From Dimorphilus gyrociliatus (lineage: Eukaryota; Animalia; Annelida): a DNA stretch of 64,000 bases. How positions within the stretch are numbered: position 1 is the first letter of the stretch; each line of letters opens with the position of its first letter. This document shows, one piece after another, positions 40,441 to 53,929 of the stretch. The notes below the pieces were generated by a model. It was not told where the DNA came from, searched no databases, and was given only the letters and a program-made list of their open reading frames with translations. Position numbers and translations under genes: made by a program. Location: the NCBI GenBank assembly GCA_904063045.1, contig CAJFCJ010000002.1, positions 4,540,475 through 4,604,474 on the forward strand, read 5' to 3'.

Positions 40441-41492
40441 ACATCCATATAACCAGAAATGATTTTACAGAATAAACAAATTTTGCAGAACTTGATATAA
40501 TTAGCCTTTGTTGTCAAACTCATAATGATAATGAATGATACATTAAAATTTATCTCAATTTTTTTTTTTGCAGTTATAAAAAAGAAACGCCACATTTAAA
40601 ACGAAATTGTTGATTATGCTTATCAACAGTATTGAAAAAAAGAAAAGTCTATAATAAACCATAACTTCAGAACTGAATTGATATACATTAGGTATCCTAT
40701 AGTGTTTTTCATGTTCATCGAAAAAAAAATCATTTTTTAGAATGACACACTTTTGACATACTAGATTTGCATCTTACACTATCATACTATGTTCATTAAC
40801 CGAGTTAAAAATATACTAAGCCTAATTATTTAAAACTGTACATTCTCTTCATTACATGTTTACAACAATATATAAATATAGACATATATCCAAAAAAATA
40901 TATACATTTATAGACAGATATAAAATGGTTATATCATCGATTGGTTTCATAGTCTATACCAAAACATCAAAACAATAAGCAATCTCGATAAAAAAAATCA
41001 CACTTTTTTTGTTATTACAACCAGCGAAAAATAAAGAATAGAAAGAAAACACATTCAATTGTTGCTTCATCCATTCATAAGATGCTGGTTTTTTTCGGTT
41101 ATGTGAAACAAGTAAACAAAAACAAACTGTTTCGCACCGTTTCAAAATATCTAAAACAACAACAAACATCTGTAGAAGAGATGAGAGCTGCTTACAGTAA
41201 TATTCAATAAAAATTTTCAATCATCATTTTGTTAAATAAAAGAATCGTTTGAAGCACATATTTGATCATCACTGTAAATATTATTATTTTTTTTTAATAT
41301 TCTCCTAACACACTACACCTCAGCATCACGGTTTATCCTCTTCCTCTCTTATTTCTAATACCTATCAGATGGGATATTAAATTAAAGCAATAAAATTAAC
41401 TTTACCTGTATCGAGATTATCCGGTAAAAAATTAATCTTAAATGTTTCTTTTCAGCAGAAAGTGAGATCACATTGGAAGAGGATAAATGAAA

Positions 41493-43079
41493 TTAATTTT
41501 GTACAATTATTACGACCATATGATCATCCTGTTGTTTTTCTTCATTTATGCGCTCTCCATTCGCTCTCAGAAACTCCATGGCAAATTTACACGGTGGAAA
41601 GGCATGGATTATACCGTCTGTCAATGGAACAACACCAGCAGCTTCTTTGCTATGAAGATAATTGATGAGAGTTGATAATTGTCTTGTCATTGCTTCTCCT
41701 GACCCAGAGCCTGTACCCGCTTCGGCTTCGGGAATGGCCAATAGTACAGCACTCTTCTCTTCACCGGCTGCTTCTAACTTCTTATGTACATCAGCGACTT
41801 TATTCCGATCTAGTCTCAATCTCTGAGTAATTTTCAACGGCTCATTGTTTGGAGCTAACTTAAGCACAATTTCTTCATTTCCCTGAATCAAATGCATTTT
41901 GGCAGGAAATACAGAATTCTTCAAAGTTAATGTACCAGTCCATATTTGTTTAGTAGAATCTATCAACTGGTCTACGGTTTTGCATGGTTCTTCAGATACT
42001 TCATTAACTTGTACTGGTTTTTTATCATCCATATCCATGACTGATGAATCTGCAAAGTCTATTCTTAACCTAAAATCTTTTCCTCCTAATGCACAGCCTC
42101 TCATTTCGGTTCTTGCAGCTTGGGCTGCATCTACATTTTCAAAAAGTATATAGGCATGACTTTTATGAGAAGGCCAAAAAATCCTATGAATGACACCGAA
42201 TCGGTCAAATTCCTTTTCTAGCTGATCTTCCCTGACACTGGGTCCCAAATTCCCTACCCATAGACAGTTGGACGGATTGGGTTTACCGTATCCGATTTTA
42301 CATTGAAATTGTCCAATTTGTTTTCCCGACATATTAACTTTAGCACTGTGAGCCATATCTAAGTTTTCATATTTAACAAAAGCATAAGCATTTCCTTGAC
42401 CGTGAGATGGTCTTTTAACGTCCACATCCATAACATGTCCGTATTTTTCAAAGAGATCTCTTAAAAAATCCTCGTTAATATCTACACTTAAATTACCAAC
42501 GAATAACGTCCTTGTTGCTTTATCATCGTCTTCTGGGGCAATATGTTGTAAATGATGAGGAAATTTTGCTTCTCGAGACCTAGTAGAGCTCCTAGAATAC
42601 CTCCGATCAGAAGTTGGAGGGGGAGAGTATCGCCTATCATAGTAATCCGAGTGCCGATCTCTTTCGTATACGGCTGTTATTTGCAACTTTCTCTCACATA
42701 CCTCGTGTCCTTGACGCCCATACTTAGCGTCCTTAGCATCTTCTGGATTTCTAAATGTAAGATATGCTATTCTCTTCCCATTATCTGTTAGCACTCTCAT
42801 GTTAAAGTCACCAAACTTTCGAAATTCTCGATACAAAGCATCAGATAAATAAGTTTCATTGATTTGACTATTTAAATTGCATAAATATAACGTCCGATAT
42901 TCTTGACATCTTGACCCATCATATATATAATCAGTCCGTGGTCGTTTAGAACTTCTATAATCATATTGGTAATATTCCGAATACGAATAATCTTTCCGGT
43001 CGTATTCACGTTTTTCATCAACGTAATAATCATCCACACGTGGTCGTTTAGACGAGTAATCACTAACACGACGACTCAT
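41493..43079 (-). CDS. RBM15: RNA-binding protein 15 / spenito (3 RRMs + SPOC), single exon, 528 aa
   Basis: RRMs (RTLYLCNL, ATRTLFVGNL..GNAYAFVKY, NCLWVGNLGP), the linker FPHHLQHIAPEDDDKATRTL, and a C-terminal SPOC domain (W.G.L.LKNS.FP..MHL..G, LKITQRLRLD, YL.SKEAAGVV). Confidence 0.94.
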   Translation of the reverse strand: MSRRVSDYSSKRPRVDDYYVDEKREYDRKDYSYSEYYQYDYRSSKRPRTDYIYDGSRCQEYRTLYLCNLNSQINETYLSDALYREFRKFGDFNMRVLTDNGKRIAYLTFRNPEDAKDAKYGRQGHEVCERKLQITAVYERDRHSDYYDRRYSPPPTSDRRYSRSSTRSREAKFPHHLQHIAPEDDDKATRTLFVGNLSVDINEDFLRDLFEKYGHVMDVDVKRPSHGQGNAYAFVKYENLDMAHSAKVNMSGKQIGQFQCKIGYGKPNPSNCLWVGNLGPSVREDQLEKEFDRFGVIHRIFWPSHKSHAYILFENVDAAQAARTEMRGCALGGKDFRLRIDFADSSVMDMDDKKPVQVNEVSEEPCKTVDQLIDSTKQIWTGTLTLKNSVFPAKMHLIQGNEEIVLKLAPNNEPLKITQRLRLDRNKVADVHKKLEAAGEEKSAVLLAIPEAEAGTGSGSGEAMTRQLSTLINYLHSKEAAGVVPLTDGIIHAFPPCKFAMEFLRANGERINEEKQQDDHMVVIIVQN

Positions 43080-43585
43080 TATTGTTTATTATATATTAAG
43101 ACGAGAAATATGCAGTTTTTAATTCCGTATTTTTACCTCGCACCGTCATGGATTACGCAGATCTCGTTTGTGTTCACGCGTGAACCGCAGTTTCGCACAA
43201 AATAAAATATTTTCCGCTAATAATGTTTTAAAACTAATCTCCTCATGAAATAAAAATATCTGATATATTTTTTTAATTTCAAGTGTTACCACGGAAATTG
43301 TACGAAAATACATGCGACGTATCTAGCTGACGAAACGTGGCTGCAAAAGTAACTGCATAATATTTGCATATTCATTGACGGTTGAGACCATATTGCGTCA
43401 TTGGGTTAGTATATAAAGAAGGAAATAACTCATTTTATCTGTCTCGTCGTGTAAGTTATATAGTTGATATGAGAAAATTTTATTATGTAGCAGAAGACTC
43501 GGGTGGACAACACGTGACTTACTATAATCAATTCGCCGAAAATTATTGTATTGGACGTCGAACATTTAAAAAAACTGGTTATGAA

Positions 43586-46500
43586 ATGGAGAGGTCCATT
43601 CCTTCATTAAGCATTGCCCAAAATGTGGAATCAGTAACGGTATGTAAAGTCTTTAAGAAGTTAAGTTTATAATCTATACACTCAGACATGTGGTAGATAC
43701 TTTGGTCTTAAAGTTTCTATAACAATAAAGTCTGTATGGCTACAGAAACTGATACTTTTTTCAAAGTATATTCGTAAAATATATCCTCTTTTCATTAATA
43801 TAACAAACGTCTGACCTAATAATCTTGAGTTGTATTAAGCTTTCTCAAAGTGCTAAATGGTCGTAAACGATATAAATACAATGCCAATCGTTTCCTGTCA
43901 CATATAAAATTAATTTACAAAATGAAAAAGCGTTTTTTCAACCGCCTAGTTTAATCAACTTTTGCTTTCGCAGGCTATAGACTTTTTCAATGATCTTAAA
44001 CGTAGTCCGGATGGCTGGAAGTTATGCTTACAAGGCCTTAATAGTCCTGAATATGAGTCGTAAGTACTTTACCCTTCAATTTCAACATTTCCATAATATT
44101 TTACGTTTGTTTTTAGAAATCATCAGGTGAAATTTTTTTGTCTACAAGTTCTTGAACACTTCTTAAAGTCAGCTTATTCAAAGACAAGCACTAAAGATGA
44201 TTTTATAATTATTCAAAACCAAATATTATCCTGGTTTCAAAATCAGAATGGTCATCAGAACCCTACATTTTTAAGGAATAAACAAGCCCAAATCATCGCC
44301 CTTGCATTTATAACTGACTACCCAGCCAGATGGCCAACATTTTTTCAGGATATGCTACAGAGAAGTGATTCATCCAAAGCAGTTGATTTATATCTCAAAT
44401 CACTATTGGCTGTGCATTCCGAAGTTGTTGATAGGGACATAGCAAGATCTAATGCCGAAATGCAAAGGAATACAGTAATTAAGGACAATATGAGAATGAA
44501 CACTGTACCTGTTTTAGTCAACTCTTGGTATGAAATATTGAGAATGGATAATGTTGATTCCCAAATTGTTTGCCAGTGCCTGGACGTTATCGGAAGTTAC
44601 ATATCTTGGATCGATATTGACTTAATCGCTAACGATAGATTTGTACCAATCATTTTACAATGTTTAGGAGATGACCTAAAGAGGGAAAGTGCCTGCGATT
44701 GCTTAAGAGAGATAGTTTTGAAGGGAATGCAGCCCTTAAGCAAACTGAAACTAATTGACTCCTTGACAGAAGTTCTTGATAGTTTAGGTGTATTCACTAC
44801 CCCACCTCAAGGAGATGACGTGATCGATTTTCTAGCCAAGTTGGCTAAACTGTTAAATGCTGTTGGATTAGAGGTTTTAGCCGCATATACTACTCTAGTA
44901 AAAGCTAATGATATAGATGGTGCAGCTTTGGCCCTTAAAAGTTTGGAAGATAAGGTATAAAGCACTAATTTAATGTAAAATAAATATCTAATTTATAAAT
45001 TCTTCAAATCAGATTTCAAAAATGTTTCCATTCATCGCTCATGAAGTTGACGATGTTTCCGGTGCTGTTTGTCCTCTTGCTCAAGAATATGTTGCTCTAT
45101 TAAAAACTGTTAATCCTCAAATTCAAGAACAACATTCACACATCGTTAAAACCCTCTTATATACCTGCATAAAACGTATGAAATTTGATCAAGATTATGA
45201 TTGGGATGTAGAAGGAGAGGAAGAGGCCATATTTCAAGATTACAGAAGAAGATTACGAAATGTTGTTTTGCACATTGGGAGCTACAAGCCTGAAACAATA
45301 TTGGAGGTTACAACAGCTCTATTTCATGAAAATCTTCTTAAATGGAAAGAAAAAAATGTATTAGATGTAGAATTGGCATTATATATATTCTACGCCCTGC
45401 TAGAATGCTTACCTAGTAACCTTATTCAACAGACTTTTGATCCTGACAGATCAAAATCAGGTAAAGCAAAAAATTTTCTCAAATGTCCCATGCTCTGATA
45501 ACTGTTTTTCTTTTTTATAGCAGGTCCACTACAGCAGCTAGCTCTTACGGTTGTTGAATCGGATGTATTTGTTTGCGACCATCCGGCTGTTTCGTTATTG
45601 TATTATGAATCTGTTGCCCGCTACGACAAGCTCTTAACTGTTATACCTGAACAAATTCCAATTGCTTTAAAAGCTTTTCTTTATGGTGTGAAAACACATC
45701 CTAATCCTAAAGTTCGTACCAGAGTTGCTTATTTATTGACAAGATTGGTTAAAAGTATTAACAAATCGCTATTAGTGCCCTATGTTGATAATCTTCTTGC
45801 TAGCTTAACCCAAGATTTAAGTCAGCAAGATAGTGATGCTCTTTTTGTTTATGAAGCTTGTGGTTTGTTAATTATTCAATCTGTCCAACCTTTGGAAAAG
45901 AAAAATGAATTACTTAAGGAATTACTATCACCACGCCTTCATGATGTTAATCTATATATTCAAAGAACTTTGTCCGCTGCAGCTGCAGAGGAGCAAGCTA
46001 CTTATGGCAAGGCGGCTGTTCATTCCCTACTCTGTATTGTTAGAACATCTAAAGGTTTTTCGGAAAAATGTAATATGAAAGCAACGAAATGTGATGAGGT
46101 TTACACCCACGTTTTGAAAACTGTTTTAACTGCTTTAGATACTATTCAACTACCGTTTCCGATTGTTGTTCATGAGATATTTAGTGCTGTTCGACAGCTC
46201 CTTCACAGAATGATTGTCTGTTTAGAAGATAGTGTTCTACCGTTCGTCGTGCCCCTTTTGAAGAAGCTTGTTGAGGGTGGCGATGTTCGAGAGCTCCATG
46301 ATGTCATGGCTCTCTGCTCTCAGCTAGTAACGAAATTTAAGGAGCGGGTGACACCTCTATTCAACGAAGCACTCATGCCCCTAACCAGCGCGGTCCTGAA
46401 TACACTTGAGAGTCCACCAGAGGCTGCTACCGATGATGAACGCAAAGTTTTAAGACGATCGCATCTTAACTTCGTGCTAGTATTGGCCACTCACTCTGAC

Positions 46501-46959
46501 TTCAAGCATCTTCTCAGCGTTCAGGCAAATGATGCTGTTGAAAACCTCTTAAGCTACATTGTGAAAACAGCAATGAATCCTGAAAACGGGCCCCAAGCTC
46601 AGAAGATATCTTTCTGTATACTTAAAAAATTTATGGAAACTCTAATAGGAAATACTAATATAGAAATAGTACAGCAGTTAGTTATACGGCCATGTTTTGA
46701 AGCACCTCTATGCGAAGGCTTCAATCTGAGTGACGCCCAGACTGTTCTGGCGTTAACTGAGGCAGGACAATGTGCTAAGACTGCCGTACGAATTCTACCC
46801 GACCTACTCCCTTATTTAAGGGACACATATCTACCCAATTTGGGCCTGTCTGATAGACAAGCAAAATCTTTGTGTGATGCATTAACTTTAGAAGATCCAA
46901 AAATGTTCAAAACAGTTTTTCGTGATTTTTTCATTAATGCTAGATTCCAAGGGCGGTAG
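43586..46959 (+). CDS. XPOT: Exportin-T (tRNA export receptor), 5 exons
   Basis: Exon 1 (43586-43639, MERSIPSLSIAQNVESVT) splices to AIDFFNDLKRSPDGWKLC, then VKFFCLQVLEH, FLRNKQAQIIAL, DYPARWPTFF, RNTVIKDNMR, SYISWIDIDLIAN, HRMIVCL. These match the importin-beta-family exportin-T as I recall it. Confidence 0.92.
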
Positions 46960-47445
46960 CACCAGTGAAAATTTGATACTATATACAAATATATTGTAAA
47001 AATTTTATCTCTGAAACTTTGAAACTATGATATAATTGAGAAATTATAGAGATATATATGTGTAGACAACTGTACACTTATAATTTAATACATTAAAAGT
47101 TATCTATCGAAAGCACTTAATTCAATTCAATTATAAGCATCTCCATTACTAGTCTTATCTGAGACGCTCTAAGGTACAAATGAACATAAGTTTTAATAAT
47201 TTTAAATAATTAAAAAATATGAACTTAAAATTTTACTATTAATTCACTATCAAAATTTATTGTTTTTTACTCATAACTGTTTCCGATAGGCTAATGGTTT
47301 GTTTATAAACAAAAGATTGAGTAGTGTTGGAAATACTATTGCGCGCTGCCTAAGATTCATTCATCAATACTTTATACGACCAGACTATTCAATGCGGTGC
47401 TACAATTGTTAGAATCTTTATAAAAATTTTGTGTTAAGTATAGTA

Positions 47446-48803
47446 ATGAGTTCGTTCGAGGGAACGATGTTTTTATATAAAGATGCAGTGCTCGATAATT
47501 TCGAAGAGAAAAATAGGATGAAATCAATTTATTTTTTATCTCATTTTCATGCAGGTACGTTTCAATTGACAAATTTCGTTTATTCTTTTTTTTCGTTTTA
47601 ACGAATTTTAAAACTTTGACAGATCATATGACGGGCCTTAAAACAGAATCCTTTAAAAATTGTCTTACAGCAAAGTAAGAAATGCTATATTCTATAATCT
47701 TTTACTTATAATCAAAAATTTTTATCTTGATCAGTAATGCAAAAATCTGTATGTCGAAAATTACGCAGTCGTTATTATTAAACCGAAAAGAATACAGTCA
47801 CTTAGATAAATTAATTGTAAGTTTATATTCTAAAATTAATATTTGATGATAAAGGTATATTTTGAAACTCTTATAGCAAGTGCTTGATGTTAATGTCGCT
47901 CACCGTATTAAATTAAGAAAAGAAAACCCGTATTATGTCACAGTTACCCTTCTACCTGCTGGTCACTGCCCTGGCTCTGTCATGTTTGTAGCTACTTTAG
48001 GTTATTAATAAAATAAAAACTAATATATAATTATGTCTTCAATTTTAGGTTCTTGTTTGAAGGGGAACAGGGCAACATTCTCTATACTGGTGATTTCAGA
48101 TTAGCAAGGCAGGATATTGAGAGTATGAATGCCCTCTTTGTAAATGGACGGTCTGTATATCTTTGTTCATTTCATTTTTTCTATTTAATATTAACGATTA
48201 AATAGAATATTATAGATATAGCAACAAAAAAGAGAAAGAACATTTTATTGAGTTTTATCTAATGATAAGCATTATATATAGTAAATACAAGCAATATATA
48301 TTTTTTTTTGGTTGGCTTTGAAATTTACTGATCAAGCATTTTTTCCTCTTTATATATATATAGGCCTAAAGATTTAAAAGCTATTCATTGCGATACGACC
48401 TTCTTAGTAGAGAAAGCAAAATACTTACCTACACGGCAACTTTTAACTAGTCATATTCTAGAGCTAATACGAGGCTGGCTGGACTCTTCTAAAAAGCATC
48501 AAATTGTATTGAAACACAAAGCTACATTGGGCTACGAACAGATCTATGTTGATATATATAATAATCTAAATGAAAAGGTTATTGCATTTAATCGGATAAA
48601 TTGATAAAGATACGTATGCTAAAAGTTCAATTCTATAGGTTCACGTTAATTCATCAAATTACAAAGTTTATCAAACAATTGATGATATTGCAAGATCAAC
48701 AACGCCAACCATGAATGAAAGTATACGCGTTCATTGTAGATGTTGGACTAAAGTAAGTGCTTATGAAACCGACTCTACGATATAGTTATACATATGTATA
48801 AAC

Positions 48804-48835
<32 letters not shown>

Positions 48836-50531
48836 TTCGATTTATGACTTATACAGGAACAAAGCACTAACTCTTGTCTACCTTGCGAAGCAAGCGCAGC
48901 CCCAGATGATATCTTATTTATTTCACTATCGGCCTTAGGGTTTGTTCAAGGCCTGCGTAACGAAGACGTCTTAATTAAAGTTGGAGAAAATTCCTATAAG
49001 GGTCTCTACTCATTTCATTCCTCTTATATGGAGATATGTGATCTAATAAGGATACTAAAGCCGGATAGGGTATTCCCTAACGTCATCCCCAATGGTCAAT
49101 CAGCTGAAGAGGTAACTATGTGGCCTGTCTTTGAAAAATATTTTACACATTAATGCATTGCAGGTTCAAGAACGATTAAATGCACTTGTAAGTAACTATC
49201 AGAAAGAGAAAGAAGAACGCGAGATTGAACTTCTCAATGAAGCAAAGAAAAAAACATCTATCTTTCGGGCAGAAATGACCAATCATTCTCATGAATTTGA
49301 TTTCTTTCATTCACTTAATGATGAGCAGACACAAAATAAGGTGAATTTTCAGACAGAAACTGTTCTTAATTCTAAATTTCGATACCTTGGAAATTTCTTA
49401 AAGGCTGAAAATCGAACTCAAAAGGTTAAAGATTCCAGAGGCGTAAAATATAACGAAAAAACTGGTATGTTTAGTTTTGGATTTGCCTGTGAAACGCTTT
49501 CGGAAAAAGAACCTTCTCAATCTACTAATGCATCTCTAAACGAAGATACTAAGTCTACTGAAGGAGCTGAAGAAGAGATGGAACAAACGTTACAAGATGA
49601 AACGCAAAAGGGTATAACGAATACGAAAGAGTTAAAGAGTATTTTAGAAAAGACGGATCATTTAACAAACTACACGAATAAGCCGAAAAGTAATAGCGTA
49701 TTTAATGAGGAAGAACGTTCTGCTGCTGCAGATGATAAAGATGATGAGGCTAAATCGTCAGAGAGTAAGAAACGTAAATTAAATGATGGAACGGGAGTTG
49801 CTGATGAAAGATCCCTGAACGAAAGCAACGTCTCTCAGTCCTCAAAAGTGATTGAAAATACATCCAATCCTTTGAAGAGAAAACCAGTAGAAAATAAAGA
49901 CATACCAATTATTTATATTTCCTCTGATTCTGAACCTACTCAACCAAACCCTCCAAGACATTACGAAATTGCCTTGTTAGCTTCTCAGCCTATGGAGCCG
50001 GATATGACTAGAATGACACAAGGTGGTTGGTTAATTAACTATGCACGAGGTGAACAAGAGATAGTTTACTTATCCGACGATACCGATACAGAAGAAGGAG
50101 AAATTCTGTACGAGGAGCAGGTAAATTTCCTAATTAAAAAAGTTAACTGCTTTAATCCTTTTGTTCTTTCTATTAAGCTTCGTAAGAGGAAACAGAATAT
50201 GAGAGAAAGATGGGCCAGAAGATGGGAGGAGAAAATAAAAAATCCTAATATTGCACAAGAAGATTTAGAGGCAATGGAAAAGCGATATAAAATGCTCGAT
50301 AATTGTCACTTAAATTCTAGTCAAAAGATTATAGACAGAGATTGCAACGATTCAGTTGAATTAGGTAAAACGGTTACAAAAATGGATTTAAATAGTCAAG
50401 AATACGAAGGAGATCTCGATACAACAAATGAAAGTTATATATCGAATAACTTCAAGAACAGAATTAAACGATTAACAAAGAAGAGAAATTCTCCTTCAGC
50501 TCATGATGTTGTTGATTTGACAGTTGATTAA
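47446..50531 (+). CDS. DCLRE1C: Artemis (DNA cross-link repair 1C; metallo-beta-lactamase/beta-CASP nuclease), multi-exon
   Basis: MSSFEG N-terminus characteristic of Artemis, FLSHFHADH, VTLLPAGHCPGSVMFLF, LYTGDFRLA, CDTTF, YSFHSS and VFPNV motifs, then a long disordered C-terminal exon. Confidence 0.9.
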
Positions 50532-50677
50532 TATATTGATAATTGGATTCTAATTTAATCAAAAATTCTTCACTGCCTAGACAGCATTCCGCCTGAATAA
50601 ACTGTTAATTGAACAGTTGCAAAGAGTTTTCACCTATATTATTTAATTGGTTATCTTAATTGCCAAATTTCATGTTA

Positions 50678-51073
50678 TTAGCTGTCCTCGACAGAAACAT
50701 TTTCATCTTCTTCGGACAGAGTCCTTGTAATTTGATTTCTGAAGGCATCCGGGTATTTCTTTTCGATGATGCTCTTTAGATGTCGAATTTTTTTGAATAC
50801 AAAATCCAAATCTCTCTTCAAAGTGAATAAAACTTGATTATGTTTAAGATAATCATTCATACTGCTCTGATATCTTAGGTGAGATAATTGATTAAATGTC
50901 ATGAGCATTTCATTTGTTTTCTCAAATCTAGCAAGCATACTCCTTTGCGATTCTATAATTCTGTCGACATCTTTAGTTTTTATAATACCGGTAAAGCTTT
51001 CGAGAAAGACATCAGAGGGATCGTGAATATTATCATTATTTGTCGATGACGAAGCTGACGAGTCAATATTCAT
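50678..51073 (-). CDS. KXD1: KxDL motif-containing protein 1 (BORC subunit), single exon, 131 aa
   Basis: Q..MLARFEKTNEML..FN.LS..R.......Y..H...L..LKRDLDFVFKKIR.LK..I..KYPDAF pattern of the KxDL domain. Confidence 0.88.
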   Translation of the reverse strand: MNIDSSASSSTNNDNIHDPSDVFLESFTGIIKTKDVDRIIESQRSMLARFEKTNEMLMTFNQLSHLRYQSSMNDYLKHNQVLFTLKRDLDFVFKKIRHLKSIIEKKYPDAFRNQITRTLSEEDENVSVEDS

Positions 51074-51375
51074 AGTTAAAGCATGTAGGCAATTCTTTAG
51101 GAGAATTGAGTATTTCGTCTTTTCAGATAATAAATTAAAAGAAGCAAAAAATTCATTGACTGGTACCAGTTTTCTCTAACATGTTAACAAACTAGTTTAT
51201 TTGTGTTCAAGTGTAACAAAACAAATAACAGTTACACAAATTAATTACTCAATAATACTCTGATTTATCACAAAATCTTTGCTGTACGTATCAAACACAA
51301 AATTTGTTTTAAGAAACAACAAGATAAAAAAGTCCAGTAAAAAAAGGGAACAAGTTTTAACAAAAATAAGTTTAA

Positions 51376-53929
51376 TTAGAATGCTGCTATATCCCTCCAG
51401 ACCCACTCTTCAATGTGCATTATATTACGGCAAACAAACTGTATCATTTCTTGTTTAGATAGAAGAGTTTGTTTGAAAGCTAATGAGACAGTATGCCTAT
51501 CTTCCGGAGAAAGATGCTTTAAAAGAGGTGTAGCTAACAAAAAAATTAAGTATAATATATAACAATATACAATATTACTAAATATTTATTACCGTGACTG
51601 GTTGCGCAACCATATAATGCCACAAATACTGAGCCCGAAAAAAATTGACTAGGAGACGGAAATTCTTTTTCCAAGAACAATGTTTTAGCAATAAATCTAT
51701 AAGCGTATCGGTAAACAGCCTTTTAATGAAAGAAATAAATAAAACTATATCTTATACCAATAATATGAAAGATAACAAAAAAGATGTATTTGTTAATTAC
51801 CTGAAACCAAGTTCCTACTGTAACTGATCGCACACTTGGAACAATTCTGTATGAACGAAATTTTGTTTCATCCATTTGAGGTGCATGAAGAACCATAGCG
51901 GCACAAGCAAGAAATTCTTCTAATGATATTGATAGATTACGCTGATAATTCAATAGAAGGAAGAATCTAAAAATATTATGTCAATATAATTTAAAAGATA
52001 CAACATACTTTAGAAATAAAATTCAATTTTACCTTAAAATATAGCACAAAAATCCAAATTTTCTTCCATACTTATCGAAATAATTGGCGGGGGAATCTTT
52101 GGAATTAAATATAATATTATTTTCTGAAAGAGAAGATTACGAAAGAATCTTATTTTCATTTACCTCCTTCTTTCTTTTCATCAAAGCTCATGAGAATGTG
52201 AAAATATTTTAGGTTTTTAAATATTTGAACCAATTTTATTTCATTAACTGTCGGTATTGTTTCTATTGTTGCAGTTACTGCGGCTTTTGAACGCTTTTAA
52301 AAATAACAAATAATTTTGACTGTAAAGCAAACGCTTTTTAAATAGTGTAAATATTTACCAATCTCATTTGAAACAAGTCGAAAGGTGCCCTTCCGAATTC
52401 TTTTACCCTAGTTGCATCGTCGGGTAGGACGAAATTATATAAAACCTGCCTTAGGCAGGATAGTGCTTCTTCGCAAACTGGACTTCCTTTACTATTGTCC
52501 TCTAACATTAATCGATACCAAAAATATCCTCTATGTATAGCTAAAAGATTTGAATCGATTTGACCCATCGAAACACGTTCACAAAGGATCATATCAATTT
52601 CATCGGGTCTTTCTGAATCTTCTGATTCTTTCGTATCTTCTTCACTTGCACCATTCGATTTAGAATCGTTTTTAGACTTAAGAGATAGCGAGTAATTAAT
52701 TAAAAATAATTATAAAAGCAGGAAAAGAATTCTTACTTCGTGCAAAGTAAGAGAAAAGAATTTAATAGTTCTTTCCACTCCTTGCTTTAATTCAGAATCT
52801 TCATTTAATTTTGTCAAAACGGATTTATTTCCTAATGGATTTCCATAGAATCTAAAATAGATAAATAAAAAAGTAGTATAGTGAATAATTTATAAGAAAA
52901 ATCAGTGAAACCAATAATTTACCTTATGTGAGCTGCAGCTTGTAAAAGTGAACAGTTTTCTGGTAATGTTAAGACTTTTTTTATTATAGCGTGATGAGCT
53001 CCCATAAAATTACTAGGTAATATCATGGCAAGAAACATAAGATGATCAACTTGTTGTAACTGTTGAGGTAATTATGTTAATGTAATAAAAGAAGTAATAT
53101 AACATCTTTATCTTTATTTTTACCTGTAAACACTTTGCTAATTTACTGGCTGATACAATACCACAATTCAGCTTTAAAGGCTTACAAGGTAATGGAGAAT
53201 ATCCCATTTCCATATCGTGATCCAAGTCGAAGAATTCAAATGGAATAAACTTGCAATTTTTGAATATACAAAAGTCACTGTCATTGCTCAATACTGCAAA
53301 AGCTTTTGGCCTGTTTTGCAGATCAAGAGCAATTAGCTCATTCGTCTCATTATCAATTACATAAATAAATTCAATCTCATTTTCACGTAAAGTTTCCTGA
53401 CAAATTAATAATATCTTTACAATAAAATAAAATTTATGAAAATAGTGGAAAAACTCACTTGAATTTGAATTTCGAGGCACACAGGTCGTATTTTATCCTC
53501 GTCTGCTAGATCATATATATTTTGCATACCCGCAATACATTCTAAGATTTTATTCATAGTCACTATTCCCTGATAATGTCTCTGTTTCCATGTGCCGAAC
53601 TTAAGCTCTGTTGTTGTTTTATCAACACCTTGAGTGGCATCTACATACATAACTAATCTAATTTGAGCATTTCTTAAATGCGTGATAAAGGTTTCAACAT
53701 ATTTTGCAAGACTTTTGTACTCTCCTCCCAGATGCCGAACGAAACGATGGCCCGACTCTTTGACGATAGCCTTATAAAAGTTATCTAGAATGAAGTGCTC
53801 GAAGGCGTAAAAGTCACATAGAATTTCTATGCCATCATCTTCCTTTTTTGATTCTTCTAACAAATCTATTGTATCCGCAACAAGATCGCGTGCAGTTTTA
53901 ACATAGGGTAGTAAACCTTGCACGCCCAT
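51376..53929 (-). CDS. PIN/XPG-like domain protein of the asteroid (ASTE1)/FAM120 family, multi-exon
   Basis: MGVQGLLPYV start, LCDFYAF, GGEYKSLA, MYVDA and VLSNDSDFCIF motifs. Exons overlap ORFs 53417, 53046, 52338 and 51723. The last exon ends ...WRDIAAF* at 51376. Confidence 0.82.

Noticed and set aside
41899-43205. Plus-strand ORFs over RBM15
   Set aside because: Antisense shadows of a strong single-exon gene.
43382-43585. Upstream extension of the XPOT exon 1 ORF starting at a TTG
   Set aside because: Non-ATG start within the RBM15/XPOT divergent promoter; the ATG at 43586 gives an N-terminus of the length expected for exportin-T.
35273-53929. Apparent functional cluster of RNA-processing and DNA-repair genes (NCBP1, APEX2, RBM15, XPOT, Artemis, PIN protein)
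   Set aside because: Mixed orientations, unrelated pathways and no shared motif found; this is expected for housekeeping genes in a compact genome.
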